NCBI GenBank assembly: GCA_947588885.1
Contig: CANQAH010000002.1
Span: forward strand, 1-61,720
Reading direction: 5' to 3'
DNA: 61,720 nt
From: an uncultured Clostridia bacterium
Lineage (GTDB): Bacteria; Bacillota; Clostridia; TANB77; CAG-508
Each line of letters opens with the position of its first letter. Positions within the stretch are counted from its first letter, which is position 1. This document shows, piece after piece, positions 1 to 9,405 of this stretch. The notes under the pieces were generated by a model. That model did not search any database. It was not told where the DNA came from and saw only the letters and a program-made list of their open reading frames with translations. The translations under genes were made by a program, and so were the position numbers.

Positions 1-246
1 ATCTTCATAATTTCAGCAGTTACAAAATCAGGTATAGACGAGCTTTTGAACTATCTTTATACTAATTTAGATAAAAATGATGTAATAGTTATGTGCTCAG
101 ATGGCCTAACAAATATGCTTAAAGAAGAAAAAATATTAGAAATAATTAAAAATAGTAAAGAAGATTGTACAGAAACTTTAATTAATGAAGCAAATGAAGC
201 TGGTGGACTAGACAATATTACAGTGATAGTTATAGATAATAGATAA
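1..246 (+). CDS. stp: PP2C-family Ser/Thr protein phosphatase, C-terminal fragment (5' end outside the window)
   Basis: Frame 1 is open from nt 1. VMCSDGLTNM...AGGLDNITVIVID matches the PP2C C-terminal motifs. It sits directly upstream of prkC, as in Firmicute stp-prkC operons. Confidence 0.8.
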   Translation: MFIISAVTKSGIDELLNYLYTNLDKNDVIVMCSDGLTNMLKEEKILEIIKNSKEDCTETLINEANEAGGLDNITVIVIDNR

Positions 247-285
247 AATCCAAATTTATTTTTAAATTAAGGAGAGGGAAAATTT

Positions 286-2325
286 ATGAATCTGATAGGA
301 AAAATGCTAGCAAACAGATATGAAATACTAGAAAAAATAGGAAATGGCGGAATGGCTACAGTATATAGAGCAAAATGCCATGTACTAAATAGGTTTGTAG
401 CAGTAAAGGTATTAAAAGATGAATTTATAACAGATGCTGAATTTATAAAAAGATTTAAATCAGAGGCTCAAACAGCGGCAAGTCTAACACATCCTAATAT
501 AGTTTCAATATATGATGTAGGAAATGAAGGGGATATTTACTACATTGTAATGGAATTAATACAGGGAAAAACTTTAAAAGAGATAATTGTAGAAGATGGA
601 AAATTATCTTGGAAATGGTCAGTAAATATAGTTATTCAGATTGCATCAGCATTAGAGACTGCTCATAAGAATAATTTAATACATAGAGATATAAAACCAC
701 ATAACATTATAATAACAGAGGATGGAATGGCAAAAGTTACTGACTTTGGTATAGCTAAAGCTGTTTCAAATTCGACTATAACTGCATTTGGAACAACAAT
801 AGGATCTGTTCATTATTTTTCACCTGAACATGCAAAAGGTGGAGTAACAGATGCAAAATCAGATATATATTCTCTTGGAGTTGTTATGTATGAAATGCTT
901 ACAGGAAAGGTACCTTTTGATGCTGATACACCAGTATCTGTAGCATTAATGCAAGTTCAAGAAGAACCAGTAGAACCAATAAAATTAAATCCACAAATTC
1001 CTATAAGTGTAAATAATATAATTTTAAAAGCAATGCAAAAAGATCCTGATGATAGATATCAAAATGCAACAGAGATGTTGATTGATTTGAGTACAGCATT
1101 AAAAAGACCAAATGATGATTTTGTTAAAATAAATAAAAAATTTGATACATTGCAAACTCAAAAATTATCAACTTTATATGACTTAGATGGAAAAGTTCGT
1201 GATGACGAAGAAGATGATGATGAAGAGGAAGAAGTGAAGAAAAAACAAAAGAAAGATAAAAAGAAAAAAGGTTTAATTCCATTTTTAAAAGAGCATGTTA
1301 TTATTTCAATTATTTTAATTGGTGCAATACTATTTTCTCTTGCGTTAGGTGGAACAATATTATTTATGAATTTAACAAGAACAAAAGATGTTCAAATACC
1401 TAACTTAGTAACAAATGCAAGTGGAGAAAGATATACAGAACAGCAGGCAAGAGATATTTACAATGAAACAGAATTTAAGAAAAAGAATGAATTAAAAGTA
1501 GAATATTTAGAAGATGAAACATATAATGGTGAGCCAATTAATCCTGGTGAGGTAATAAAACAAGATCCGCCATATATAGCTGATAGAAAAATAAAAATAA
1601 AAGATCAAATAACGATTTATGTTAGAAAAGAAAGAGAAGCAAAAATTTTAAAAATGGTTGACTTGACTGGAAAATCTAAAGAGGATGCAGAAAAGGCACT
1701 TCGTGATATGGGCTATATAGGTGAGATAAAGTATGAAGAAGAGTCAAGTGAAGAATTAAAAGCTGGTTTAATTATATCTCAAAGTATTCAAAAAGATATA
1801 GAATTTAAAGATGATGAGGAAATAACTTTAAAAGTAAGTACAGGAACTTCAAAAATTGATGTGCCAGTTGTCATGGGTAAACCAGAAGCTGACGCAACAA
1901 AAATACTTCAAGATGCAGGATTTAAAGTTGTTGTTGAAACAACAGAAGATACAAATAAATCTGATGGAATTGTATTAAAACAGAGCATTACAGATAAAGC
2001 AGATCCAGGAGAAACAATTACAATTACAGTAAATAAAATTACGAAAATTACTAGTGCAACAGTTACAATAGATCTTTCAAAATTTGCACCAAGTCAAACT
2101 TCTGCAGAACCAGATGATGAATCATCACAATCTTCAAAGAGAATAAGAGTAACACTTGAAGTGGGAAGTGATACTGTATTTGATGAAACAGTATTAGCTG
2201 AAGGTACAAAACAAGTTACAATTAATGGAAAGGGAAATGTTACGGTAAAATTGAAAGTTGATGGTGTTGTAAAAGGAACAAAGCAAATAGACTTTAATAC
2301 TCAAACAGCATTAGCTTTCCCATAG
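286..2325 (+). CDS. prkC: Ser/Thr protein kinase with extracellular PASTA repeats (PrkC/PknB type)
   Basis: Hanks kinase motifs are present (GNGGMATVY, VAVK, HRDIKPHN, DFG, SPE). They are followed by a charged linker, one TM helix and PASTA-like repeats. RBS GGAGAGGG lies upstream. Confidence 0.92.
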   Translation: MNLIGKMLANRYEILEKIGNGGMATVYRAKCHVLNRFVAVKVLKDEFITDAEFIKRFKSEAQTAASLTHPNIVSIYDVGNEGDIYYIVMELIQGKTLKEIIVEDGKLSWKWSVNIVIQIASALETAHKNNLIHRDIKPHNIIITEDGMAKVTDFGIAKAVSNSTITAFGTTIGSVHYFSPEHAKGGVTDAKSDIYSLGVVMYEMLTGKVPFDADTPVSVALMQVQEEPVEPIKLNPQIPISVNNIILKAMQKDPDDRYQNATEMLIDLSTALKRPNDDFVKINKKFDTLQTQKLSTLYDLDGKVRDDEEDDDEEEEVKKKQKKDKKKKGLIPFLKEHVIISIILIGAILFSLALGGTILFMNLTRTKDVQIPNLVTNASGERYTEQQARDIYNETEFKKKNELKVEYLEDETYNGEPINPGEVIKQDPPYIADRKIKIKDQITIYVRKEREAKILKMVDLTGKSKEDAEKALRDMGYIGEIKYEEESSEELKAGLIISQSIQKDIEFKDDEEITLKVSTGTSKIDVPVVMGKPEADATKILQDAGFKVVVETTEDTNKSDGIVLKQSITDKADPGETITITVNKITKITSATVTIDLSKFAPSQTSAEPDDESSQSSKRIRVTLEVGSDTVFDETVLAEGTKQVTINGKGNVTVKLKVDGVVKGTKQIDFNTQTALAFP

Positions 2326-2335
2326 AAAATAACTG

Positions 2336-2370
2336 TAGGGTATGTCAAAATTATAAGCATACCCTATTTT
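2336..2370 (+). terminator. rho-independent terminator after prkC
   Basis: 9-bp stem TAGGGTATG/CATACCCTA followed by TTTT. Confidence 0.65.
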
Positions 2371-2425
2371 ATATAATAGGAAAGTGCTACGCATTTCCTA
2401 TTATATAAGGAATTCGCCCAATTTG
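2370..2425. repeat. intergenic palindromic repeat, family copy 1 of 3
   Basis: TATATAATAGGAAA-N9-TTTCCTATTATATA then AGGAATTCGCCCAATTTG. Closely related to the units at 59996 and 60150. Confidence 0.6.
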
Positions 2426-2460
2426 AAATTAAATAATAATATTAACAAGAGGAGATTTAT

Positions 2461-3126
2461 ATGATTGAAATATCAGCATCAGTATTGGATGTAGATGAAG
2501 AAAATTCAGTACAAACTTTTTATAATTTAGAAACAGCTAAACCGGATTATTTTCACATTGATGTAATGGATGGGATATTTGTTGAAAATAATACGTTAAA
2601 GAAAATGAGGGACTTTGCCTTAAAAGTTCACACTATTACTATGACGCAAATGGATGTTCATTTGATGGTTAAAGATCCAATGTCTGTAATTGACTATTTT
2701 ATTGATCAAGGTGCAGATAGAATTACTTTTCATATTGAAGCATGTGAAGATAGAGAAAAGGTTTTTGAAATAATAAAATATTTAAATGAAAATGGTGTTA
2801 AATCAGGAATTGCAGTAAGTCCAGATACAGATGTGGAAAAAGTTTATGAATTTTTACCTTATGTACATATGATTTTGATTATGTCTGTAGTGCCTGGAAA
2901 AGGTGGTCAAAAATTTATTGAAACAAGTTTAGACAAAATACGAAAATTGAGAAAATATTGTGATGAAAATAATTATGAAATTGATATAGAAGTTGATGGA
3001 GGAATTAATGATATTACAGCTAAAAAAGTTATTGAAGCTGGTGCGACAATACTTGTTCCTGGAAGATTTCTTATATCATCAGATAATTATAAAGAAACTA
3101 TAAAAAAATTGAGAAATTTAGAATAA
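2461..3126 (+). CDS. rpe: ribulose-phosphate 3-epimerase
   Basis: HIDVMDG, DVHLMV, MSVVPGKGGQKF and EVDGGIN motifs of the Rpe family. RBS GAGGAG lies upstream. Confidence 0.9.
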   Translation: MIEISASVLDVDEENSVQTFYNLETAKPDYFHIDVMDGIFVENNTLKKMRDFALKVHTITMTQMDVHLMVKDPMSVIDYFIDQGADRITFHIEACEDREKVFEIIKYLNENGVKSGIAVSPDTDVEKVYEFLPYVHMILIMSVVPGKGGQKFIETSLDKIRKLRKYCDENNYEIDIEVDGGINDITAKKVIEAGATILVPGRFLISSDNYKETIKKLRNLE

Positions 3127-3139
3127 GAAAGGGTAAAAA

Positions 3140-4225
3140 ATGAAGAAAAAGATTGTAATTTTTGTTTTAATTTTAACACTATTAATTGTTGCTCTAACTT
3201 CTGTTGTGAAGGCTGCAAATACAAATGAGGTAATGTATATAAATAATGCATATGCATTAACACAATATCAAACATTAAATGAAAATTCTTTTAGCTTTGA
3301 ACAAGATATTGAGAGAAGTTCAGAGATAATTAATGGAAATTTATTTCTTTATGGAAATATGGTTTCTATAAAAGATGAAACAATCAATGGTGATGTATTT
3401 GTTTTTGCTAATATGTTAACAATTGATAATACAACTAATATAAATGGAAATTTATATTTATGTGCTTCTAGTGCAAAAATAAGTGCAAAAATTGAAAGAT
3501 GCGTATATGCATGTGCACAAGATTTAGTTTTTGAAGATGATGCAACAGTTGGATATGAATCATATGTTATTTCAGAACATTTTTTAATTGATGGTACATT
3601 TAATAGAAATATTTATGCATTTTCAAATATTTTAGAGATAAATGAACATGCTAATATAGTTCAAACGCTTAACTTTACATCTACACAAGAGGCAAAGATA
3701 AATGAAAAAGCAAAAATAAATGAAATTAAATTTGATAAATATGAAGAAAAAAAGGAATCTCTATTGAGCATTATATCTAAATATGCTTTGGACTTTGTTA
3801 GATACTTTGTTCTTACAATGATACTATTTATTATATTTATTAAATTTACTCCAAAATTCTTAAAACAAATAGATAAATGCTTTGGTGTAAGCTCATTTGG
3901 AATTGGTATTTTATCATTATTAATTATTCCAATATCAATAATATTATTAATAACAATAAAAGTAGCTAGTTCACTGGCATTTGCAATGTTAGCATTATTT
4001 ATATTCTTATTATTAATTTCAAATGCAGTTACAGTTGTTAGTATTGCAAGTTTAATATCAAGGAAAGTGAAAAAAATTAAATTGCCAATGTTAGTTGCAT
4101 TAACAGCAGCAATTTCTTGGGCGATTTTCCAAATTCCATTTGTGGGGGCTATATTATCATTCTTTATGTTTACAAGTGGAATAGGTGTCATATTAAAATA
4201 TTTAGTAATTAGAAAAAATAATTAG
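3140..4225 (+). CDS. membrane protein with N-terminal beta-helix-like repeats and a C-terminal multi-TM domain
   Basis: Signal/TM at the N terminus. Repeated INGNL/INGDV segments resemble polymer-forming (bactofilin-like) repeats. Several hydrophobic helices lie at the C terminus. Confidence 0.6.
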   Translation: MKKKIVIFVLILTLLIVALTSVVKAANTNEVMYINNAYALTQYQTLNENSFSFEQDIERSSEIINGNLFLYGNMVSIKDETINGDVFVFANMLTIDNTTNINGNLYLCASSAKISAKIERCVYACAQDLVFEDDATVGYESYVISEHFLIDGTFNRNIYAFSNILEINEHANIVQTLNFTSTQEAKINEKAKINEIKFDKYEEKKESLLSIISKYALDFVRYFVLTMILFIIFIKFTPKFLKQIDKCFGVSSFGIGILSLLIIPISIILLITIKVASSLAFAMLALFIFLLLISNAVTVVSIASLISRKVKKIKLPMLVALTAAISWAIFQIPFVGAILSFFMFTSGIGVILKYLVIRKNN

Positions 4226-4240
4226 ATATTATATAATGAA

Positions 4241-4268
4241 AGAGGTTAGATCTTCTAACCTCTTTTTT
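4241..4268. terminator. rho-independent terminator
   Basis: AGAGGTTAGA-TCT-TCTAACCTCT followed by TTTTT. Confidence 0.7.
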
Positions 4269-4380
4269 CGTAATATATGCAATCCTTTTCTGAGTTTAAT
4301 TTTTTACTTTGTACAGCTTCATAATTACAGATTCCATTTTCTTGAAACTTACAGTCATACGAACAATTAATATTAGTCAA
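4255..4380 (-). CDS. small Cys-rich protein (41 aa, DUF1540-like pattern)
   Basis: TTG start after AGAGGTG. Product is TNINCSYDCKFQENGICNYEAVQ...DCIYYEKRG. Below the ORF-track size cutoff, so speculative. Confidence 0.3.
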   Translation of the reverse strand: MTNINCSYDCKFQENGICNYEAVQSKKLNSEKDCIYYEKRG

Positions 4381-4440
4381 ATTACATACACCTCTTTTAT
4401 GATATAGTGTATGTAATTTTAAGTTTATTTATACAAAAAT

Positions 4441-5073
4441 TTATTTATTACAATTATCACAATATTTTTTTATTGGGCATTCAGAACATTTTGGATTTCG
4501 CGCAATACAAGTTTTTCTACCATGCCAAACAAATAAATGATTTACATCACACCAATCTTCTTTTTTGAATTGCTTTAGCAAATCTCTTTCAATTTTTTGA
4601 GGATCAGATTCACTTGAAAAACCAATTTTATTTGAAATTCTTTTTGCATGTGTATCAACAGCAACACCTTGTGCATTATGAAATGCTTCGAGCATGACAA
4701 CATTTGCACTTTTTCTACCAATTCCGGGAAGAGTTATTAATTCTTCCATTGTTTCAGGAACTTGTGAGTTATATTTTTCAACTAAAACTTTTGCACAAGC
4801 TAAGGCATTTTGTGCCTTATTTTTATAGAATCCGCATGGATGAATGATTTCTTCTAAATCTTTGAGATCTGCTTTTGACATTTTTTCAGGAGTTCCATAT
4901 TTTTTAAATAAAATTGGTGTTGTTTTATTAACTCTTTCATCTGTACATTGTGCTGAAAGCATAACTGCAATTACAATTTGAAAAGGTGTTTCAAAATCTA
5001 AACTGCAAGTTGCGTCTGGATAATAGTTTCTTAATATTTTTAATATTTCGGATGCTTCTTTTTTTGATTTCAT
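4441..5073 (-). CDS. nth: endonuclease III (DNA glycosylase/AP lyase)
   Basis: HhH-GPD motif LPGIGRKSANVV, catalytic VDTH, and the C-terminal Fe-S cluster CX6CX2CX5C. Confidence 0.92.
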   Translation of the reverse strand: MKSKKEASEILKILRNYYPDATCSLDFETPFQIVIAVMLSAQCTDERVNKTTPILFKKYGTPEKMSKADLKDLEEIIHPCGFYKNKAQNALACAKVLVEKYNSQVPETMEELITLPGIGRKSANVVMLEAFHNAQGVAVDTHAKRISNKIGFSSESDPQKIERDLLKQFKKEDWCDVNHLFVWHGRKTCIARNPKCSECPIKKYCDNCNK

Positions 5074-5149
5074 TTTTCATTCCTCTTACTTTTAATAACA
5101 TTATTATACATCTATTAATATAATATATAAAGAGATTGGAGGATAGTAA

Positions 5150-5299
5150 ATGCTTAGAGGATTAAAAAAAACAATTGCTGTTTGTTTAATTGGCTTTGGA
5201 GCAGGAACCATAATGGTGTTATTGCTTCCTGTAACCTGGTGGCTAATAATAGTTGGAATTAGTGTGATTTTAGTAGGATTTATGTGGCTTTATTGCTGA
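5150..5299 (+). CDS. small two-TM membrane protein (49 aa)
   Basis: ATG 8 nt after GGAGG. Product is MLRGLKKTIAVCLIGFGAGTIMVLLLPVTWWLIIVGISVILVGFMWLYC. Confidence 0.35.
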   Translation: MLRGLKKTIAVCLIGFGAGTIMVLLLPVTWWLIIVGISVILVGFMWLYC

Positions 5300-5454
5300 A
5301 AGAGAGGTGGTAGAGAATGAAAGTTGTAGTTAAAAAATCTCCAAAATTCTTAAGAGGATTTTTAAAATTAATTTTTGGGATAAAAGATACGTAAAGTAGA
5401 AAGAAAACTTAATTTTATACATATTAAGTATTTTTCAAAAAAATTATTAAAAAA

Positions 5455-5509
5455 GAAGTGAGCTTTATAATTACAATTAATTAATAGTTGCAATTATAAA
5501 GTTCACTTC
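5455..5509. terminator. long bidirectional terminator hairpin
   Basis: GAAGTGA.CTTTATAATT...AATTATAAAG.TCACTTC, flanked by T/A runs. Lies downstream of rpmB (minus strand) and of the small plus-strand ORFs. Confidence 0.6.
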
Positions 5510-5529
5510 TTTAAATTTGAAATTTAAAA

Positions 5530-5727
5530 CTATGCTCTAACTACTTTTCCTGAACGTAAGCATTTAGCGCATACAGTTATTCTTTTTGGTTGACCATCAA
5601 CTATAGCTTTAACTCTTCTTAAATTAGCTTTAAAAGTTCTTGTTGATCTTTTACTAATATGTGAACGAGTAATACTTAATTGATTTCCGAAATTTATATC
5701 TTTATTACAAACTGCACATTTTGCCAT
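5530..5727 (-). CDS. rpmB: 50S ribosomal protein L28
   Basis: MAKCAVCNK...SHISKRSTRTFKANL... is typical L28. I place the start at the internal ATG (5727) rather than the track's 5745. Confidence 0.92.
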   Translation of the reverse strand: MAKCAVCNKDINFGNQLSITRSHISKRSTRTFKANLRRVKAIVDGQPKRITVCAKCLRSGKVVRA

Positions 5728-5922
5728 CTCTTTATGCACCTCCATTTATTTTATTAAACTGACTATGAATTACTATAACATACATTTTGAAAAAAAACAA
5801 GAGTTTAGCTAAAAAAAATAAGATAGTAATGTAAATAAAAAGTGTGATTAATAAATAAGAGTATGGACAATCTATTATTTTAAGTGATAAAATTAGAAAA
5901 ATTATATAAAAGGTATTATTAA

Positions 5923-6955
5923 ATGAATAAATTTTTTAAATTAGTATTAACAACATTATTGATAGTATTTTTAACTTTAATAATCATATTTGCTTTAATA
6001 AAGTATAAAAATTATAAAAATGCTAAAGACATATCAAATGCAATACATGCTGTTGTGATTGCAGATTATGCACCGTTTTATTCGAGACCTGAAACAGAAA
6101 ATGCGTGGCAAATAAAAACTTTAAATAAAACAGAAAAAGTTTATATACTAGAAAAATTTTACAAAGATGGACTTGAATGGTACAAGATAAAAGTTGATGG
6201 TGATAAGGATGGTTATGTAAGAGCTGATACTGTTGGATATTATGGAAAATCTAGAAATGAAGATGTTCCAGAAGGAAGTGTATTAATAGCAGATGTATCA
6301 ACATTTAATAATAAAACCATTTTTAGAACAGAAGAACAATTCATAGCTTTTTTAGCAGAAAGTAGACGGTGTATATATTAGAGCTGGTGGAAAATATAAA
6401 CCGTCAGATACAGAAATATATCAAGATGATTCATATTCAATTTTTAAGAGTGGATGTGATTATTTAGGAGTTCCATATGGATATTATTTTGTTGATGAAG
6501 CATATAGTGAAGAAGCTGTAAATAAAGAGGTTGAATTTATAAAAAAATTTAAAGACGAAAATAGTGGAGTGAATTGTAAACTACCATTTGCAATAGATGT
6601 AGAACCTGATGAAGAAATAGGAGGGGATATTAAGGAAAAATATCTTCAATTAATAGTAGATAAATTAACAGATGCAAATATAAAAAGTATTGTTTTTCTT
6701 AATGCTCGATATGCGGCTAAATATTGTAATTCATTAACTGCTAAATTATGGTTAGCATATTATCTACAAGATAATATAATACCTAAAACAACATTGTTCC
6801 AACAAAAGGATGATATTATTAAAGATGTTATTAATAATAAAAATATAGAAGAAAAAACAATAGGATGGCAATTTTCAGATTCTGGTGTTGATCATTTTAT
6901 TGACTATAAAATAGACTTATCAGTATTTGATAAATCAATATTTGAGGACTTTTAA
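5923..6955 (+). CDS. membrane-anchored SH3b + GH25 muramidase, interrupted by a +1 frame break at in-frame CGG (6367-6369)
   Basis: join(5923..6366,6368..6955). N-terminal TM and an SH3b-like WYKIKVDGDKDGYV segment. DVS...GVYIRAGG...GYYF...AIDVE follows the GH25 pattern and continues in frame +1. Under standard decoding this is a pseudogene. Confidence 0.65.
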
Positions 6956-7052
6956 AAGAAGGATAAACATAGAAGTTAAACCTTTCATAATAATTGTTCA
7001 TATTTTTTATATATTCCAAATATAATTTAATAAATTATTTGGAGGATAATAT

Positions 7053-7508
7053 ATGAAAAAAATTATAAAGATTTTTACTTTTTCTATTGTATTAATGATG
7101 TGCATGCAGGCAAATTCATTTTCCTTTTATATTGGAAAAGATACTGAATATGTGTGGTCAGAAGATACAGTTGCAACATCAGCAATGACAGATCAAACAG
7201 ATGATATACTAGAATTAACGTGTGAAAGTGCGATTTTGATTTCTCAAGATACAGGTGAGATTTTATATGAAAATAATTCACATGAAAAATTAAGACCTGC
7301 AAGTGTTACAAAAATTATGACAATATTACTAATAATGGAAGAAATTGATAGTGGAAAATTATCATATACGGATATGGTTTCATGTAGCGAAAATGCTGCT
7401 AACATGGGAGGTTCACAAATTTGGCTTGATACTCGTGAGGAACTTTCTGTTGATGAAATGTTAAAAGCAATTTGTGTTGTTTCTGCAAATGAGTGCACTG
7501 CACAATAA
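7053..7508 (+). pseudogene. D-Ala-D-Ala carboxypeptidase (PBP5/DacF family), N-terminal part split by element insertion
   Basis: Signal peptide, SxxK (ASVTK) and SxN (VVSAN). The homology ends at ...SANECT, then a 2-codon tail reads into the inserted element. Confidence 0.85.
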
Positions 7509-7510
7509 TG
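7487..7510. other. attL junction of the integrated element
   Basis: AATGAGTGCACTG at 7488-7500 matches AATGATTGTACTG at 50863-50875 in 11 of 13 positions. Flank homology to the dac gene stops at ACTG. Confidence 0.6.
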
Positions 7511-7684
7511 ACAGGAAAGAAATCCTTTATTTTTAAAGCTTTTTTTTAATTACTTATATGAATTTTTGAATAAAATAATATAAAACTGAAATAAAAATTG
7601 ATTTTTAAAGGTTTAAATTGAACAACCAGATTCATGGATGTTCAAAAATAACAGTAAAATAAAACGGATATAACATTTTCAAAG

Positions 7685-7708
7685 AAAACTGCTTTTAGCA
7701 GTTTTTTT
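7685..7708 (+). terminator. terminator-like hairpin inside the element's left end
   Basis: AAAACTGC-TTTTA-GCAGTTTT followed by a T run. It could insulate the element from read-through out of the dac fragment. Confidence 0.5.
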
Positions 7709-7728
7709 ATTGAAAAAAGGAGTAAGAA

Positions 7729-8451
7729 TTGAATGATGAAAATCAAATTAATTATTATGCTATTATTCCTGCAACAGTCAGATATGATACTAGGTTAAAA
7801 TCATCAGAAAAACTTATGTATGGAGAGATTACAGCACTAGCAAATAAAAATGGATATTGTTTTGCTAGTAACAAATATTTTGCAGAGTTATATAATGTTA
7901 CAATTCATACGGTTTCGCAGTGGATTTCAAAATTAACTAAATTAGGTTATGTATATGTTGAAATAATAAGAAATGCAAAGAATGAAGTTATGGAGAGAAG
8001 AATATACATAATTGATTATCCCAATGTACAAATAAATACATATCCTTATGTATTAAAATGTAAATACCCTAGATATAAAAAAGTACAGGAGAATAATATA
8101 AAAAATAATATAGATAGATTGTTTAGTTTTATTATAAATAATAAGACTAAAATACCTGAAGAATTGATAGGAATAGATATGAATGAAGTATATAAAGTGT
8201 TAAGAAAGTTTGAAATGCTATATAATGAAGAAATGATAAAAAATTATTCAGTGCAAAATATTGAAAAAATAAAATTTATTATTTATGCTTTGATTAATAT
8301 TATAAAAATAGGAAAAAAGGACCTTTTAAATAAAATTACTAGAAATGAATTAAGTAGTTTATATGATAGATGCAAGATAAATGAAGATGAAATAAACAAT
8401 TTTTATGAATATTATTTTAAATGTGTTTTAAATAAAATAGATAAGCCATAG
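7729..8451 (+). CDS. winged-helix/HTH protein (DnaD/replication-initiator-like N terminus)
   Basis: YYAIIPATVRYD...LSSEKLMYGEITALANKNGYCFASNKYFAELYNVTIHTVSQWISKL matches the helix-turn-helix pattern common in plasmid/ICE initiators. Confidence 0.5.
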   Translation: MNDENQINYYAIIPATVRYDTRLKSSEKLMYGEITALANKNGYCFASNKYFAELYNVTIHTVSQWISKLTKLGYVYVEIIRNAKNEVMERRIYIIDYPNVQINTYPYVLKCKYPRYKKVQENNIKNNIDRLFSFIINNKTKIPEELIGIDMNEVYKVLRKFEMLYNEEMIKNYSVQNIEKIKFIIYALINIIKIGKKDLLNKITRNELSSLYDRCKINEDEINNFYEYYFKCVLNKIDKP

Positions 8452-8484
8452 GCTTTATTTTTTTTACTAAAAAATGGAGGAATA

Positions 8485-8733
8485 ATGAAAAATACAGACA
8501 TTTTAAGTATAACAAATATAATTAATGAAGTAATGAAGAAAACATTTTATTATTCGCTTATTCTATTAACTATAATATTAATTTTATCTTTAGCATTATG
8601 GTTAATTGGAGTAAAAATAAAATCTGAAAAAGCAATAAAAGTAGGTATAAAGTTGTCAATTAGTATATTATGCTTAAAAATACTTTTGATTATGATTGTA
8701 GTGGTTATTGCTAATTTTAAAAGTAGGGGGTGA
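8485..8733 (+). CDS. small membrane protein
   Basis: RBS GGAGG. Two or three hydrophobic helices. Confidence 0.45.
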   Translation: MKNTDILSITNIINEVMKKTFYYSLILLTIILILSLALWLIGVKIKSEKAIKVGIKLSISILCLKILLIMIVVVIANFKSRG

Positions 8734-8736
8734 GAA

Positions 8737-9102
8737 ATGATGACTAATATAAGAAGAAATTTAAAATCTGCTATCTTAGTATTACCAATGTTGTTTTTTT
8801 TATCTAGTAACATTTATGCAACGAATGGAATGTTAGGTAGTAGTGAAGTAACTACTGCCACTCAAAATTTGCAAAGAGTTATTACAAGTTTAGCTATTCC
8901 ATTAGGTTCTGTTATAATTTTTGCATCTATTGTTATTACGGCATTTAGAATGATTTGTAACAGTAATAATCCTAGCAAAAGAACTGAATCAATAGGAAGT
9001 TTAGCATGGATAACTGGTGGAGGAGTATTATTAGGACTTTCATTAGTTGTTGCAGGAATAATTTTAAATATTGCAACAAATGGAAGTGGTCAATTACTAT
9101 AG
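8737..9102 (+). CDS. VirB2/TrbC-like T4SS membrane protein (tentative)
   Basis: Signal peptide followed by two hydrophobic helices, at the position just upstream of the PrgI/VirB3-like gene. Confidence 0.4.
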   Translation: MMTNIRRNLKSAILVLPMLFFLSSNIYATNGMLGSSEVTTATQNLQRVITSLAIPLGSVIIFASIVITAFRMICNSNNPSKRTESIGSLAWITGGGVLLGLSLVVAGIILNIATNGSGQLL

Positions 9103-9116
9103 GGAGGTATAATAGG

Positions 9117-9398
9117 ATGAAAGTTTATAAAATACCATTTGATGTGAAGCATGAAGAAAAAATATTTGGTGGATATCTTTCACTAAGACAAGTTTTATAT
9201 CTTGCTTTGGTAATATTATCTGCAGCTATATTTTTTATAAAAATTCAATTATGTATTAGAGTTTTTATATTTATTACTTTATCAAGTATTTTTTTAGCTT
9301 TTGCTTTTATTAAAATTCAGGAAACTAGATTTGATATATTTTTTGTAAATATTATTAAATATTTGTTTAGAAAGAAAAAATATCAGTTTGAGAGGTGA
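9117..9398 (+). CDS. PrgI/VirB3-like T4SS protein
   Basis: MKVYKIPFDVKHEEKIFGGYLSLRQVLYL followed by two TM helices is the PrgI-family pattern. Start placed at the ATG after GGGAGG, not the track's 9006. Confidence 0.6.
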   Translation: MKVYKIPFDVKHEEKIFGGYLSLRQVLYLALVILSAAIFFIKIQLCIRVFIFITLSSIFLAFAFIKIQETRFDIFFVNIIKYLFRKKKYQFER

Positions 9399-9405
9399 TT
9401 AAATA

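Noticed and set aside
3661-4191. 176-aa antisense ORF inside the 3140-4225 membrane-protein gene. The same applies to other embedded antisense ORFs, e.g. 7084-7302, 7244-7498, 8550-8813, 11492-11878, 14491-14754, 14788-14991, 17212-17445, 21596-21895, 33488-33808, 51514-51909, 54231-54521, 55776-56036, 57372-57671 and 58654-59200.
   Set aside because: All lie antisense to better-supported genes that have clear family motifs. Their products are low-complexity Ile/Leu/Ser/Phe-rich strings, typical of the reverse frame of AT-rich coding DNA. None has a convincing RBS.
5317-5394. A 25-aa ORF (MKVVVKKSPKFLRGFLKLIFGIKDT) with an upstream GAGAGGTGG.
   Set aside because: It is too short to support from sequence alone. 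I mention it only as a possible small-peptide gene downstream of the 49-aa membrane ORF.
9006-9116. The N-terminal extension of the PrgI-like ORF, as listed in the track (start 9006).
   Set aside because: The extension overlaps the 3' end of the preceding gene in another frame and lacks an RBS. A strong GGGAGG precedes the ATG at 9117, and the PrgI-like similarity begins there.
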